Shown here in pieces: positions 1 to 11,489 of a stretch of 64,000 bases of DNA. The position numbers were made by a program, and so were the translations under genes. Source of the stretch: an uncultured Collinsella sp. (GTDB lineage: Bacteria; Actinomycetota; Coriobacteriia; Coriobacteriales; Coriobacteriaceae); contig CABSYR010000003.1 in NCBI GenBank assembly GCA_902481895.1, positions 46,692 through 110,691 of the forward strand, in the 5' to 3' direction. The notes beneath the pieces are model-generated. The model did no database searches. It was given only the letters and a program-made list of their open reading frames with translations, and was not told where the DNA came from. Positions within the stretch are counted from its first letter, which is position 1, and every line of letters begins with the position of its first letter.

Positions 1-159
1 GGGCTCGGCAGCGCAACCCTTGGTGGTGATGGCGCCCAGCTGGGAAACATCAAAGAAGTTCTGGAACTGCCAACCGTAGCCAAAGGTACCGGCTGCGGTG
101 TTGATGGGGTTCTGCATCTTGACGCCGCCGAAATCGACGGCCATGTTCACGGTACCCAC
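1..159 (-). CDS. pyrD: dihydroorotate dehydrogenase B catalytic subunit (5' part, runs off the window)
   Basis: Manual translation from GTG at 159: MGTVNMAVDFGGVKMQNPINTAAGTFGYG...LGAITTKG. The start overlaps the pyrK TAG by 1 nt. Confidence 0.9.
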   Translation of the reverse strand, partial: MGTVNMAVDFGGVKMQNPINTAAGTFGYGWQFQNFFDVSQLGAITTKGCAAEP

Positions 160-950
160 TAGAAGACCACCACCTTGGAAGCATCGAACACGGGGCCGCA
201 CATGCAAGCACCCTTCATACCGTCGACCGTCTCGACATTGCAGGTGTTGCAGGCGCCAAAGCCACAGCTCATCATGCGCTCAAGCGACACCTCGCAGTAC
301 GCACCGGCCTCGGCGGCAGCGGCGGCGACTTTCTTCATCATGACAGCGGGGCCGCAGCTGGCCACATAGTCGTAGCCGCCCTCGCCGAGCAGCTCGGCTG
401 CCGGGTCGGTGCAAAAACCGTGCGTGCCCAGCGTGCCATCATCGGTGCAAACGTTGACCGTGGCGCCCAGCGCGCGGAACTCATCGACACCCACGGCCTT
501 GGACGCGGTGCCAAAGCCCAGGCACACGTCGACGGCCACACCCTGCTCGGAAAGCTTGTCGGCAAGGCACAGCACGGGCGGAACACCGATGCCACCGGCG
601 ACGAGCAGGGCCTTCCTGGTGCCCTCGGGTACCATCCAGCCACGGCCACCGGGGCCCAGCAGGTTAGAGGTGGAGCCAGGGCCCATCTGGGACAAACGAC
701 GGGTATCGTCGCCCACGACGGCGTACCACAGCTCGACGGTGCCGGCCTCGGCGTCGGCGCGGTAGTAGCTCAGGGGCACGCGAAGCAGCGAGGACGCATC
801 GCCGGGTACGGCGATGTTCACAAACTGACCGGGCTTGAGCGCACTTGCAAGCTTGGGGGCCGAGATGACGAGCGAGAAGATGCCGTCGGCAATCTCCCGG
901 TTCGAGACGACCTCGAAGTCGTGCATGCGTGCAGTGGAAGGTGTGGGCAT
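159..950 (-). CDS. pyrK: dihydroorotate dehydrogenase electron transfer subunit
   Basis: FAD/NAD-binding motifs (PGQFV, VAGGIGVPP, CGP) and C-terminal 2Fe-2S motif CGFGACNTC...C. Start placed at ATG 950 (MPTPS) after GGAG. Confidence 0.93.
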   Translation of the reverse strand: MPTPSTARMHDFEVVSNREIADGIFSLVISAPKLASALKPGQFVNIAVPGDASSLLRVPLSYYRADAEAGTVELWYAVVGDDTRRLSQMGPGSTSNLLGPGGRGWMVPEGTRKALLVAGGIGVPPVLCLADKLSEQGVAVDVCLGFGTASKAVGVDEFRALGATVNVCTDDGTLGTHGFCTDPAAELLGEGGYDYVASCGPAVMMKKVAAAAAEAGAYCEVSLERMMSCGFGACNTCNVETVDGMKGACMCGPVFDASKVVVF

Positions 951-989
951 AGACGCTCCAATCCCCCATGCGGTTGCATGGTCCAAACT

Positions 990-1022
990 AATAGAAAGCG
1001 CGGCACCGCAAGGGCGCCGCGC
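990..1022 (-). terminator. hairpin with short U tail between pyrC and pyrK
   Basis: Minus strand GCGCGGCGCC-CTTGC-GGTGCCGCGC followed by TTTCTATT. Confidence 0.5.
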
Positions 1023-1042
1023 ACAAAAGCGATAAGGCTATG

Positions 1043-2315
1043 CTAGCAGATGCAGCCGTCGGCAAGCGTCTGCTTACCGCCGACAAACACATCGGTGGCA
1101 CGACCGGTGAGCGTGCGGCCGGCAAAACCGGAGTTCTCGGCGCGCGACTCGTAACCGTCCTCGCCAACCGTCCAGGTTGCGGAGGGGTCGAACACGGTCA
1201 GGTCGGCAACGGAGCCCGCCTTGACCTGAACCTGGTCGAGACCCAGGATCTCACGCGGCTTGATGGCCATGAGCTCGACCATGCGGCCCATGCTCATCTT
1301 GCCCGTGTTGACCAGCTCGGTGAGTACGAGCGACAGCGAGGTCTCGAGGCCGATCATACCAAAGGGCGCAAGCTCGAACTCACGGGCCTTCTCCCACGGG
1401 GTGTGAGGAGCGTGATCGGTGACGATAACGTCGACGGTGCCGTCGATGACGCCCTGACGGATGGCCTCGGCATCCTCCTCGGTACGCAGCGGCGGGTTGA
1501 CCTTGAGCGAGGTGTTGTAGGTCTCGTCCAGGTCGTTCTCGGTCAGGAACATGTGGTGCGGAGTGGCCTCGCAGGTAACCTGAACGCCAGCGGCCTTACC
1601 GGCACGCACGATCTCCAGGCCATGGGCGGTGGAGATGTGCTGGATGTGCAGCTTGGCACCAGTCAGCTTGGCGATCTCGATGTCGCGGGCGATCTGGAGC
1701 TCCTCGCCGGCAGCCGGCCAACCCTCGAGAGCCAGACGGGTCGAGACCTTGCCCTCGTTGATCTGGCCGTGGCCGACCAGGTCCTCGTCCTGGCAGTGGC
1801 TCATAAAGACCTTGCCGAACATCTTGCCGTAGTCCATGCAACGACGGAGCATGCCCGCACCCTGCACGCCGCGACCGTCGTCGGTGAAGGCGACGGCGCC
1901 GTGGGCGACCATATCGCCCATCTCGGACATGGCCTCGCCCTTAAGACCGCGGGTCATGGCGCCCGACGGATAGACGCGGCAGTGACCGACCTCGGCAGCA
2001 CGGGACTTGACGAACTCCACGACAGTGCCGTTATCGGTGACGGGATCGGTGTTGGGCATGGAGCACACGCCGGTAAAGCCGCCCTTGGCAGCTGCGCGGG
2101 TACCGCTCTCGATGTCCTCTTTGACCTCGTAGCCAGGCTCGCGAAGGTGAACGTGCATATCCACCAGGCCGGGGACGAGGTACTTGCCGGAAAGGTCGCG
2201 GACCTCGGCTCCCTCGACGGCGAGATTCTCGCCGACCTCGGCGATCTTGTCGCCGTCAATCAGGACGTCAACGACACCGTCAAGCTCGACGGACGGGTCG
2301 ACGACGTGGGCATTC

Positions 2316-2332
<17 letters not shown>
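1043..2332 (-). CDS. pyrC: dihydroorotase
   Basis: PGLVDMHVHLREPG, MPNT, KVNPPLR and DHAPH motifs. Start at ATG 2332 (MALLLKNA) after GGAGG. Confidence 0.96.
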
Positions 2333-3861
<1,529 letters not shown>

Positions 3862-3888
3862 TCACATGTCTTGACTGCTGACACAGTC

Positions 3889-3994
3889 AAAAAAATAGAT
3901 GCCCGACCGCTTAAAGCGGACCAGACACCCACAGGAAGGACTGCTCTTTGGCAGCTATGTAATTCCATGTGGGTATCTCGTACCCCTTTAATGG
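3889..3994 (-). promoter_or_regulatory. PyrR-type attenuator leader (binding loop, antiterminator, terminator)
   Basis: Three overlapping hairpins on the minus strand upstream of pyrR. Terminator stem 3897-3930 is followed by A and a 7-U tract. Confidence 0.7.
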
Positions 3995-4300
3995 TCAAGG
4001 GATAGTGTAGCCAACCTCGAGCTTAATTGCGAGCATAAATACAGAGCAATCCGTAAACGGAGCCCAATGCTCAATAAACCTATATATATTTGTGGGACGA
4101 GCTTGAAAACATACGCACGAGCTGGCATAATCCCCTCTGCTGCACGCAAATCGGATCTACGTCCAGGGCCGTGGCGTGAGCACTATCGCCAAAAGAGAAA
4201 TATCTCTGTGTAGATTACGCACAGGGAGCTGCTTCTGTGCTATAGTTCAGGCTTGTTTGTTAACGCGACATGTTCGTTTGTCGCCCAAGGAGGGTCAGTT

Positions 4301-4489
4301 ATGTCCAAAGTTTGCGAAGTTTGCGGTAAGCACCCCGTTGCCGGTCGCTCCATCAGCCACTCTCACCGCGTCACCAACCGTAAGTTCCGCCCCAACATCC
4401 AGCGCGTTTACGTCGTCGTCGATGGTCACCGTCGCAAGATGAACGTTTGCTCCACCTGCCTCAAGTCCGGCAAGGTTGCGCGCTCCTAA
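4301..4489 (+). CDS. rpmB: 50S ribosomal protein L28 (zinc-ribbon form)
   Basis: MSKVCEVCGK...SHSHRVTNRKFRPNIQ...CSTCLKSGK. AAGGAGG RBS upstream of ATG 4301. Confidence 0.97.
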   Translation: MSKVCEVCGKHPVAGRSISHSHRVTNRKFRPNIQRVYVVVDGHRRKMNVCSTCLKSGKVARS

Positions 4490-4557
4490 ATAAGGTCTTA
4501 CCAACAAGTACCTCGGACTCTCCGGGTCAAAGACCTCGCGTTCACATAGAACTTACC

Positions 4558-4590
4558 AAAGGCGCCCTCCCTTACGGAGGGCGCCTTTTT
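4558..4590 (+). terminator. intrinsic terminator after rpmB
   Basis: AAAGGCGCCCTCC-CTTAC-GGAGGGCGCC-TTTTT. Confidence 0.85.
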
Positions 4591-4869
4591 GCACTCATTT
4601 GGGACAGACTTATATGAGGGTTTGCAGATGTCAAAGGGATCATAGCGCAGCTGGTATGCCTTGTAACTAACGGTACGCCTCGAGCGAGTCGGACGCACCT
4701 TACACGGGATTGAAATGGATGTAATCGAGTAGCTGCACCGCCTGTGTGTCCAACTCAACCGCGACCCGCGAATAGCGATTATCAAACAGATGTCCCGTTT
4801 TCCCATTGAAATACTCATGAGAGTCTGTACCCAATGAGCGGGGCGATGCAGCAGGCAGATAGTTTAGGT

Positions 4870-4899
4870 TAAAACGATTCATTTTATTGAAGCGTTTTA
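4870..4899. promoter_or_regulatory. paired CG-centred operator-like sites upstream of adhE
   Basis: TAAAACGATTCA-N6-TGAAGCGTTTTA inverted repeat in an AT-rich region. Candidate -10 TATCAT near 4946-4951. Confidence 0.45.
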
Positions 4900-4991
4900 G
4901 TGTGCCTTTTAGAGGAATCTTACCGTTCGCCGAATAATTTCTTGCTATCATGCAAGGCGTAGGGTAAATCTCCGATCGCAAGGAGACACAA

Positions 4992-7640
4992 ATGGTGAAA
5001 AAGTCACCGGAAAACACTACTCCCGCAATTGTGGACAACGTAGAGGCGCTTGAGGCTAAGCTCGCTCAGATGCGAGAGGCCCAGGCGCTTTTTGCTACGT
5101 ACACGCAGGAGCAGGTCGACAAGATCTTCTATGAGGCCGCCATGGCCGCCAACAAGGCTCGTATCCCGTTGGCGAAGATGGCCATCGAGGAGACCGGCCG
5201 CGGCGTTCTTGAGGACAAGGTCATCAAGAACCACTACGCCGCAGAGTACATCTACAACGCTTACAAGAACACCAAGACCTGTGGTGTCCTGGAGCGCGAC
5301 GAGGCTTACGGCATCACCAAGATCGCCGAGCCCATCGGCATCGTGGGCGCCGTCATCCCGACGACCAACCCCACCTCCACCGCGATCTTCAAGACGCTGA
5401 TCTGCCTGAAGACCCGCAACGCCATCATCATCTCCCCGCACCCGGCTGCCGCCAAGTGCACCATCGCCGCCGCCAAGCTCGTGCTTGACGCCGCCGTCAA
5501 GGCCGGCGCCCCCGAGGGCATCATCGGCTGGGTCGATGTCCCCTCCATCGAGCTGACTAACATGGTCATGCGCGACGTCGACATCATCCTCGCCACCGGT
5601 GGCCCGGGCATGGTCAAGGCCGCTTACTCCTCGGGCAAGCCCGCCCTGGGCGTTGGCGCCGGTAACACCCCGGTCGTCATCGACGACACCGCCGACGTGC
5701 TGCTCGCCGTCAACTCCATCATCCACTCCAAGACCTTCGACAACGGCATGATCTGCGCTTCCGAGCAGTCCGTGACCGTCATCGACAGCATCTATGACCA
5801 GGTCAAGGCCGAGTTCCAGAAGCGCGGCTGCTACTTCGTCAAGCAGGGTGCCGAGATGGAGGCTCTGCGTGCCGCCATGTTCAAGAACGGCGCTCTCGAT
5901 CACCGCATCCCCGGCATGGCTGCTGCCAAGATCGCCGAGCTCGCCGGCATCGAGGTTCCCGCCAAGACCAAGATCCTGATCGCCGAGGTCACCTCCACTG
6001 ACCCCGCCAAGGAGGAGTTCTCCCACGAGAAGCTCTCCCCGGTCCTGGCCATGTACCACGCCAAGGACTTCCAGGAGGCCGTCGACAAGGCCGAGCACCT
6101 GGTGCTCGCCGGTGGCCCGGGCCACACCGCCTCTCTGTACGTGCACCCCGCTCAGGCCGAGAAGATCAGCCTGTTCGAGCACGTCATGAAGGCCTGCCGT
6201 ATCGTCATCAACACCCCGTCCTCGCACGGCGGCATCGGTGACCTGTACAACTTTGGCATGAAGCCGTCTCTGACCCTGGGCTGCGGCTCCTGGGGCGGCA
6301 ACTCCGTCTCCGAGAACGTTGGGGTGAAGCACTTGATCAACGTTAAGACTGTGGCCGAGCGCCGTGAGAACATGCTGTGGTTCCGCGCTCCCGAGAAGGT
6401 CTACTTCAAGAAGGGTTCCACGCCCGTCGCCCTCGACGAGCTAGGCAACGTCATGGGCAAGAAGCGTGCCTTCATCGTCACCGACCAGTTCCTCTTCAAG
6501 AATGGCAACACCCGCGCCATCGAGGCCAAGCTCGACGAGATGGGCATCGCCCACGACTGCTTCTACGACGTCGAGCCCGATCCGTCGCTGCAGTGCGCAC
6601 GTCGCGGCGCCAAGCAGATGGCTCTCTTTGAGCCGGACGTCATCATCGCCGTCGGCGGTGGCTCCGCTATGGACGCCGGCAAGATCATGTGGATGATGTA
6701 CGAGCACCCCGAGTGCAAGTTTGAGGACATGGCCATGGACTTCATGGACATCCGCAAGCGTATCTTCACCTTCCCCGAGATGGGCAAGAAGGCCTACTTC
6801 GTCGCCGTCCCGACCTCCTCGGGTACCGGCTCCGAGTGCACGCCGTTCGCCATCATCACCGACAAGGAGACCGGCATCAAGTGGCCGCTCGCCGACTACG
6901 CGCTGCTCCCCAACATGGCTATCGTCGACGCCGACAACTGCATGACCGCCCCGCGCGGCCTGACCGCTGCCTCCGGCATCGACGTCATGACCCACGCCAT
7001 CGAGTCCTACGTCTCCATCATGGCTTCCGACTACACCAAGGGCCTCTCCGAGCGCGCTGCCAAGCTCGTCTTTGAGAACCTGCCCTCCAGCTTCACGAAC
7101 GGCGCCAAGGACCCGCACGCCCGCGAGGAGATGCACAACGCCTCTTGCATGGCCGGTATGGCCTTCGCCAACGCCTTCCTGGGCCTCAACCACTCCATGG
7201 CTCACAAGCTCGGCGCTTTCCATCACCTGCCCCACGGCCTCGCCAACGCCGTCATCCTGACCCGCGTCATGCGCTACAACGCCGCCGAGGCTCCCGTCAA
7301 GATGGGTACCTTCTCCCAGTATCCTTACCCCAACGCGCTGCACAACTACGCCGAGATGGCCAAGTACTGCGGCATCGAGGGCAAGGACGACAAGGAGGTC
7401 TTCGAGAACTTCATCACGAAGCTCGAGGAGCTCAAGGACTTCATCGGCGTCAAGAAGACCATCGCCGACTACGGTGTTGACGAGCAGTACTTCCTCGACA
7501 CCCTCGACGAAATGACCGAGCAGGCATTCAACGACCAGTGCACCGGCGCCAACCCGCGCTACCCGCTCATGAGCGAGATCAAGGAGCTCTACCTGGACGC
7601 CTACTACGGCCGCGAGCCCCAGGATTACGCCGTCTGCTAG
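4992..7640 (+). CDS. adhE: bifunctional acetaldehyde-CoA/alcohol dehydrogenase
   Basis: 882 aa. ALDH half (PTTNPTST, ATGG, FDNGMICASEQ), linker GCGSWGGNSVSENV, Fe-ADH half (GGGSAMDAGK, GLNHSMAHKLG, HGLANA). Confidence 0.97.
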   Translation: MVKKSPENTTPAIVDNVEALEAKLAQMREAQALFATYTQEQVDKIFYEAAMAANKARIPLAKMAIEETGRGVLEDKVIKNHYAAEYIYNAYKNTKTCGVLERDEAYGITKIAEPIGIVGAVIPTTNPTSTAIFKTLICLKTRNAIIISPHPAAAKCTIAAAKLVLDAAVKAGAPEGIIGWVDVPSIELTNMVMRDVDIILATGGPGMVKAAYSSGKPALGVGAGNTPVVIDDTADVLLAVNSIIHSKTFDNGMICASEQSVTVIDSIYDQVKAEFQKRGCYFVKQGAEMEALRAAMFKNGALDHRIPGMAAAKIAELAGIEVPAKTKILIAEVTSTDPAKEEFSHEKLSPVLAMYHAKDFQEAVDKAEHLVLAGGPGHTASLYVHPAQAEKISLFEHVMKACRIVINTPSSHGGIGDLYNFGMKPSLTLGCGSWGGNSVSENVGVKHLINVKTVAERRENMLWFRAPEKVYFKKGSTPVALDELGNVMGKKRAFIVTDQFLFKNGNTRAIEAKLDEMGIAHDCFYDVEPDPSLQCARRGAKQMALFEPDVIIAVGGGSAMDAGKIMWMMYEHPECKFEDMAMDFMDIRKRIFTFPEMGKKAYFVAVPTSSGTGSECTPFAIITDKETGIKWPLADYALLPNMAIVDADNCMTAPRGLTAASGIDVMTHAIESYVSIMASDYTKGLSERAAKLVFENLPSSFTNGAKDPHAREEMHNASCMAGMAFANAFLGLNHSMAHKLGAFHHLPHGLANAVILTRVMRYNAAEAPVKMGTFSQYPYPNALHNYAEMAKYCGIEGKDDKEVFENFITKLEELKDFIGVKKTIADYGVDEQYFLDTLDEMTEQAFNDQCTGANPRYPLMSEIKELYLDAYYGREPQDYAVC

Positions 7641-7728
7641 TTTTAGCACGGTTTTTAACGGCGGGGGTGCACGGGTGTTTCACACACCCCCGCCGTCGCT
7701 TCTATCGCATCGTTGAAAGGATGCAACC

Positions 7729-8493
7729 ATGCTGCTACCCGATTCCAAGACCGAGCTCGTCCGCCGTGGCAACAAGGTCGTTTACGACCTGGGCGACAAG
7801 ATTGTCAAGGTCTTTAACGAGACCAAGCCTGTCTCCGACGTGTTCAACGAGGCTTTGAATCTTGCCCGCATCAATGAGTGCGGCATCCGCAGCCCCAAGG
7901 CGCTCGAGGTTTCCCAGCTCGAGAACGCCAACGGCTGGGCGCTCGTGACCGAGAAGGTTCCGGGCACCACCCTTGCCGAGAAGATGACTGCCGAGCCCCA
8001 GCGCTTTGGTGAGTACCTCGAGATGTTCGTCGACCTCCAGATCGAGATCCACGGCTACACCTCCCCGCTGCTAAACCGTCAGCGCGACAAGTACGCCCGC
8101 ATGATCGACAGCCTTGATCAGCTCAATGCCACCACGCGCTACAACCTTCAGGAGCGTCTGGACGGCATGACCAAGGAGTTCAAGGTCTGCCACGGCGACT
8201 TCAACCCCTCCAACGTCATCGTCGGCGACGACGGCCAGCTCTATGTGTGCGACTGGGCACACGCCACCCAGGGCTCCCCTGCTGCCGACGTTGCCACCAC
8301 CTACCTGCTCTTTGCCCTCAACAGCAAGGATCAGGCTGAGGCCTACCTGGAGCTCTACTGCGACCGCGCCGACATGCCCATGCAGGTCGTGCGTCAGTGG
8401 ACGAGCATCGTCGCCGCTTCCGAGCTCGCTCGTAAGCGCAACGTGAACGATGAGTTCCTGAAGAACTGGATCGACGTCGTCGATTATCAGTAA
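7729..8493 (+). CDS. APH/choline-kinase-like phosphotransferase family protein
   Basis: N-lobe VKVF lysine, catalytic loop CHGDFNPSNV, metal-binding CDW. 254 aa. Confidence 0.8.
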   Translation: MLLPDSKTELVRRGNKVVYDLGDKIVKVFNETKPVSDVFNEALNLARINECGIRSPKALEVSQLENANGWALVTEKVPGTTLAEKMTAEPQRFGEYLEMFVDLQIEIHGYTSPLLNRQRDKYARMIDSLDQLNATTRYNLQERLDGMTKEFKVCHGDFNPSNVIVGDDGQLYVCDWAHATQGSPAADVATTYLLFALNSKDQAEAYLELYCDRADMPMQVVRQWTSIVAASELARKRNVNDEFLKNWIDVVDYQ

Positions 8494-8526
8494 TATCTGA
8501 GCGATTTATTTCGCATCGGAGGCACA

Positions 8527-8568
8527 AGGAAAACCCCGCAGCTCGCATGGGCTGTGGGGTTTTCCTTT
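8527..8568 (+). terminator. intrinsic terminator after the adhE-kinase unit
   Basis: AAGGAAAACCCCGCAGCTC...GGGCTGTGGGGTTTTCCTTTT. Confidence 0.75.
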
Positions 8569-8593
8569 TAGATATCGAGGATGCCACAAGATA

Positions 8594-8642
8594 AAAGGAC
8601 GGCCCCGCATCTCCCCGATCTGGAGAAATGCGGGGCCGTCCC
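8594..8642 (-). terminator. intrinsic terminator after proS
   Basis: GGACGGCCCCGCAT...ATGCGGGGCCGTCC stem, with a U-tract on the minus strand. Confidence 0.75.
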
Positions 8643-8671
8643 GTATATCGAACTACAAGCGAAATCGTCGA

Positions 8672-10393
<1,722 letters not shown>

Positions 10394-11476
10394 TTATTTC
10401 TCCTCAATAAGCTTGTCGACCTCGGCCATCAGCGCGTCGACAATTTGGTTCTCAGCTACTTTACCAATGATCTGGCCATGCGAAAAGAGCAAGGCCTGAC
10501 CACGTCCGCACGCAACGCCCAGATCGGCATCAGAAGCCTCGCCGGGGCCATTAACGGCACATCCCATCACAGCGATCGAAAGCGGCGCGGAGTAGTTCTT
10601 AAGCCGCTCGGTAACCTCCTCGGCAATGGGAATAAGGTTAACCTGGCAGCGGGCGCACGTGGGGCACGAGACAATCTCGGGGCCACGGCGACGCAGGCCC
10701 AACGACTGCAGAATACCCCAGGCAACCGGCGGCTCCTCAACCGGATCGGCTGTGAGCGACACACGCATGGTGTCGCCAATGCCTTCGGAAAGCAAGATAC
10801 CCAAGCCTACAGAGCTCTTGATGGTGCCCTGGAGCTTGGTCCCCGCCTCCGTCACGCCCAGGTGAAGCGGAACGTGGGGAATCTCACGCGACAGGGCTCG
10901 ATAGGTATCAAGCGTCGTTTGCACGCTATGGGCCTTGGCCGAAAGCACAATGTTCGTAAAGCCGCGGTCCTCAAAGTGCTTGACGAAACGCTCGCTCGAC
11001 ATCACGAGCTTCTCGGGCTGCGTAAGCTCGTCGCGCTCAGCGATATCCTGCTCGAGTGAGCCGGCGTTGACACCGATGCGAATCGCACAGCCCGCAGCGC
11101 CGGCGGCGTCGATGACGGCATCGACCTTAGCCCAATCGCCGATATTGCCGGGATTGATGCGAAGCTTGGCGGCACCGGCCTCGACGGCGCCGATGGCAAG
11201 CTTATGGTTAAAGTGGATATCGGCGACGATTGGCACCGGAGACTCGGCACAAATCGTGCGAAAGCCCTCGAGCGCAGCCTCGGTAGGCACGCTCACGCGC
11301 ACAACATCGCAACCCGCCTGGGCAAGCGCACGCACTTGCGCAAGCGTTGCCTGGGCGTCGGCGGTATCGGTGCAGGTCATGGACTGAACCACCACCGGCG
11401 CGCCACCACCGATCTGCACGCCGCCCACATATACGGGGCGCGTCAGCTCGCGCGGCAAAGGATGGGATAAAGACAA
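10394..11476 (-). CDS. ispG: HMBPP synthase (flavodoxin)
   Basis: VQSMT, ADIHF, RINPGN, RIGVNAGSL, LHLGVTEAG, CPTCARC and MGCAVNGPGEA motifs. Start likely TTG 11476 after GGGGAG. Confidence 0.96.
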   Translation of the reverse strand: MSLSHPLPRELTRPVYVGGVQIGGGAPVVVQSMTCTDTADAQATLAQVRALAQAGCDVVRVSVPTEAALEGFRTICAESPVPIVADIHFNHKLAIGAVEAGAAKLRINPGNIGDWAKVDAVIDAAGAAGCAIRIGVNAGSLEQDIAERDELTQPEKLVMSSERFVKHFEDRGFTNIVLSAKAHSVQTTLDTYRALSREIPHVPLHLGVTEAGTKLQGTIKSSVGLGILLSEGIGDTMRVSLTADPVEEPPVAWGILQSLGLRRRGPEIVSCPTCARCQVNLIPIAEEVTERLKNYSAPLSIAVMGCAVNGPGEASDADLGVACGRGQALLFSHGQIIGKVAENQIVDALMAEVDKLIEEK

Positions 11477-11489
11477 TCCAAACACTCCC

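Noticed and set aside
4498..5038. Short ORFs 4498..4818 and 4700..5038 in the rpmB-adhE intergenic region
   Set aside because: No motifs, atypical composition, and they overlap a terminator and the adhE promoter region.
7729..8493. Aminoglycoside resistance gene
   Set aside because: Only the general APH/kinase fold is supported. Host-like composition and no mobile context.
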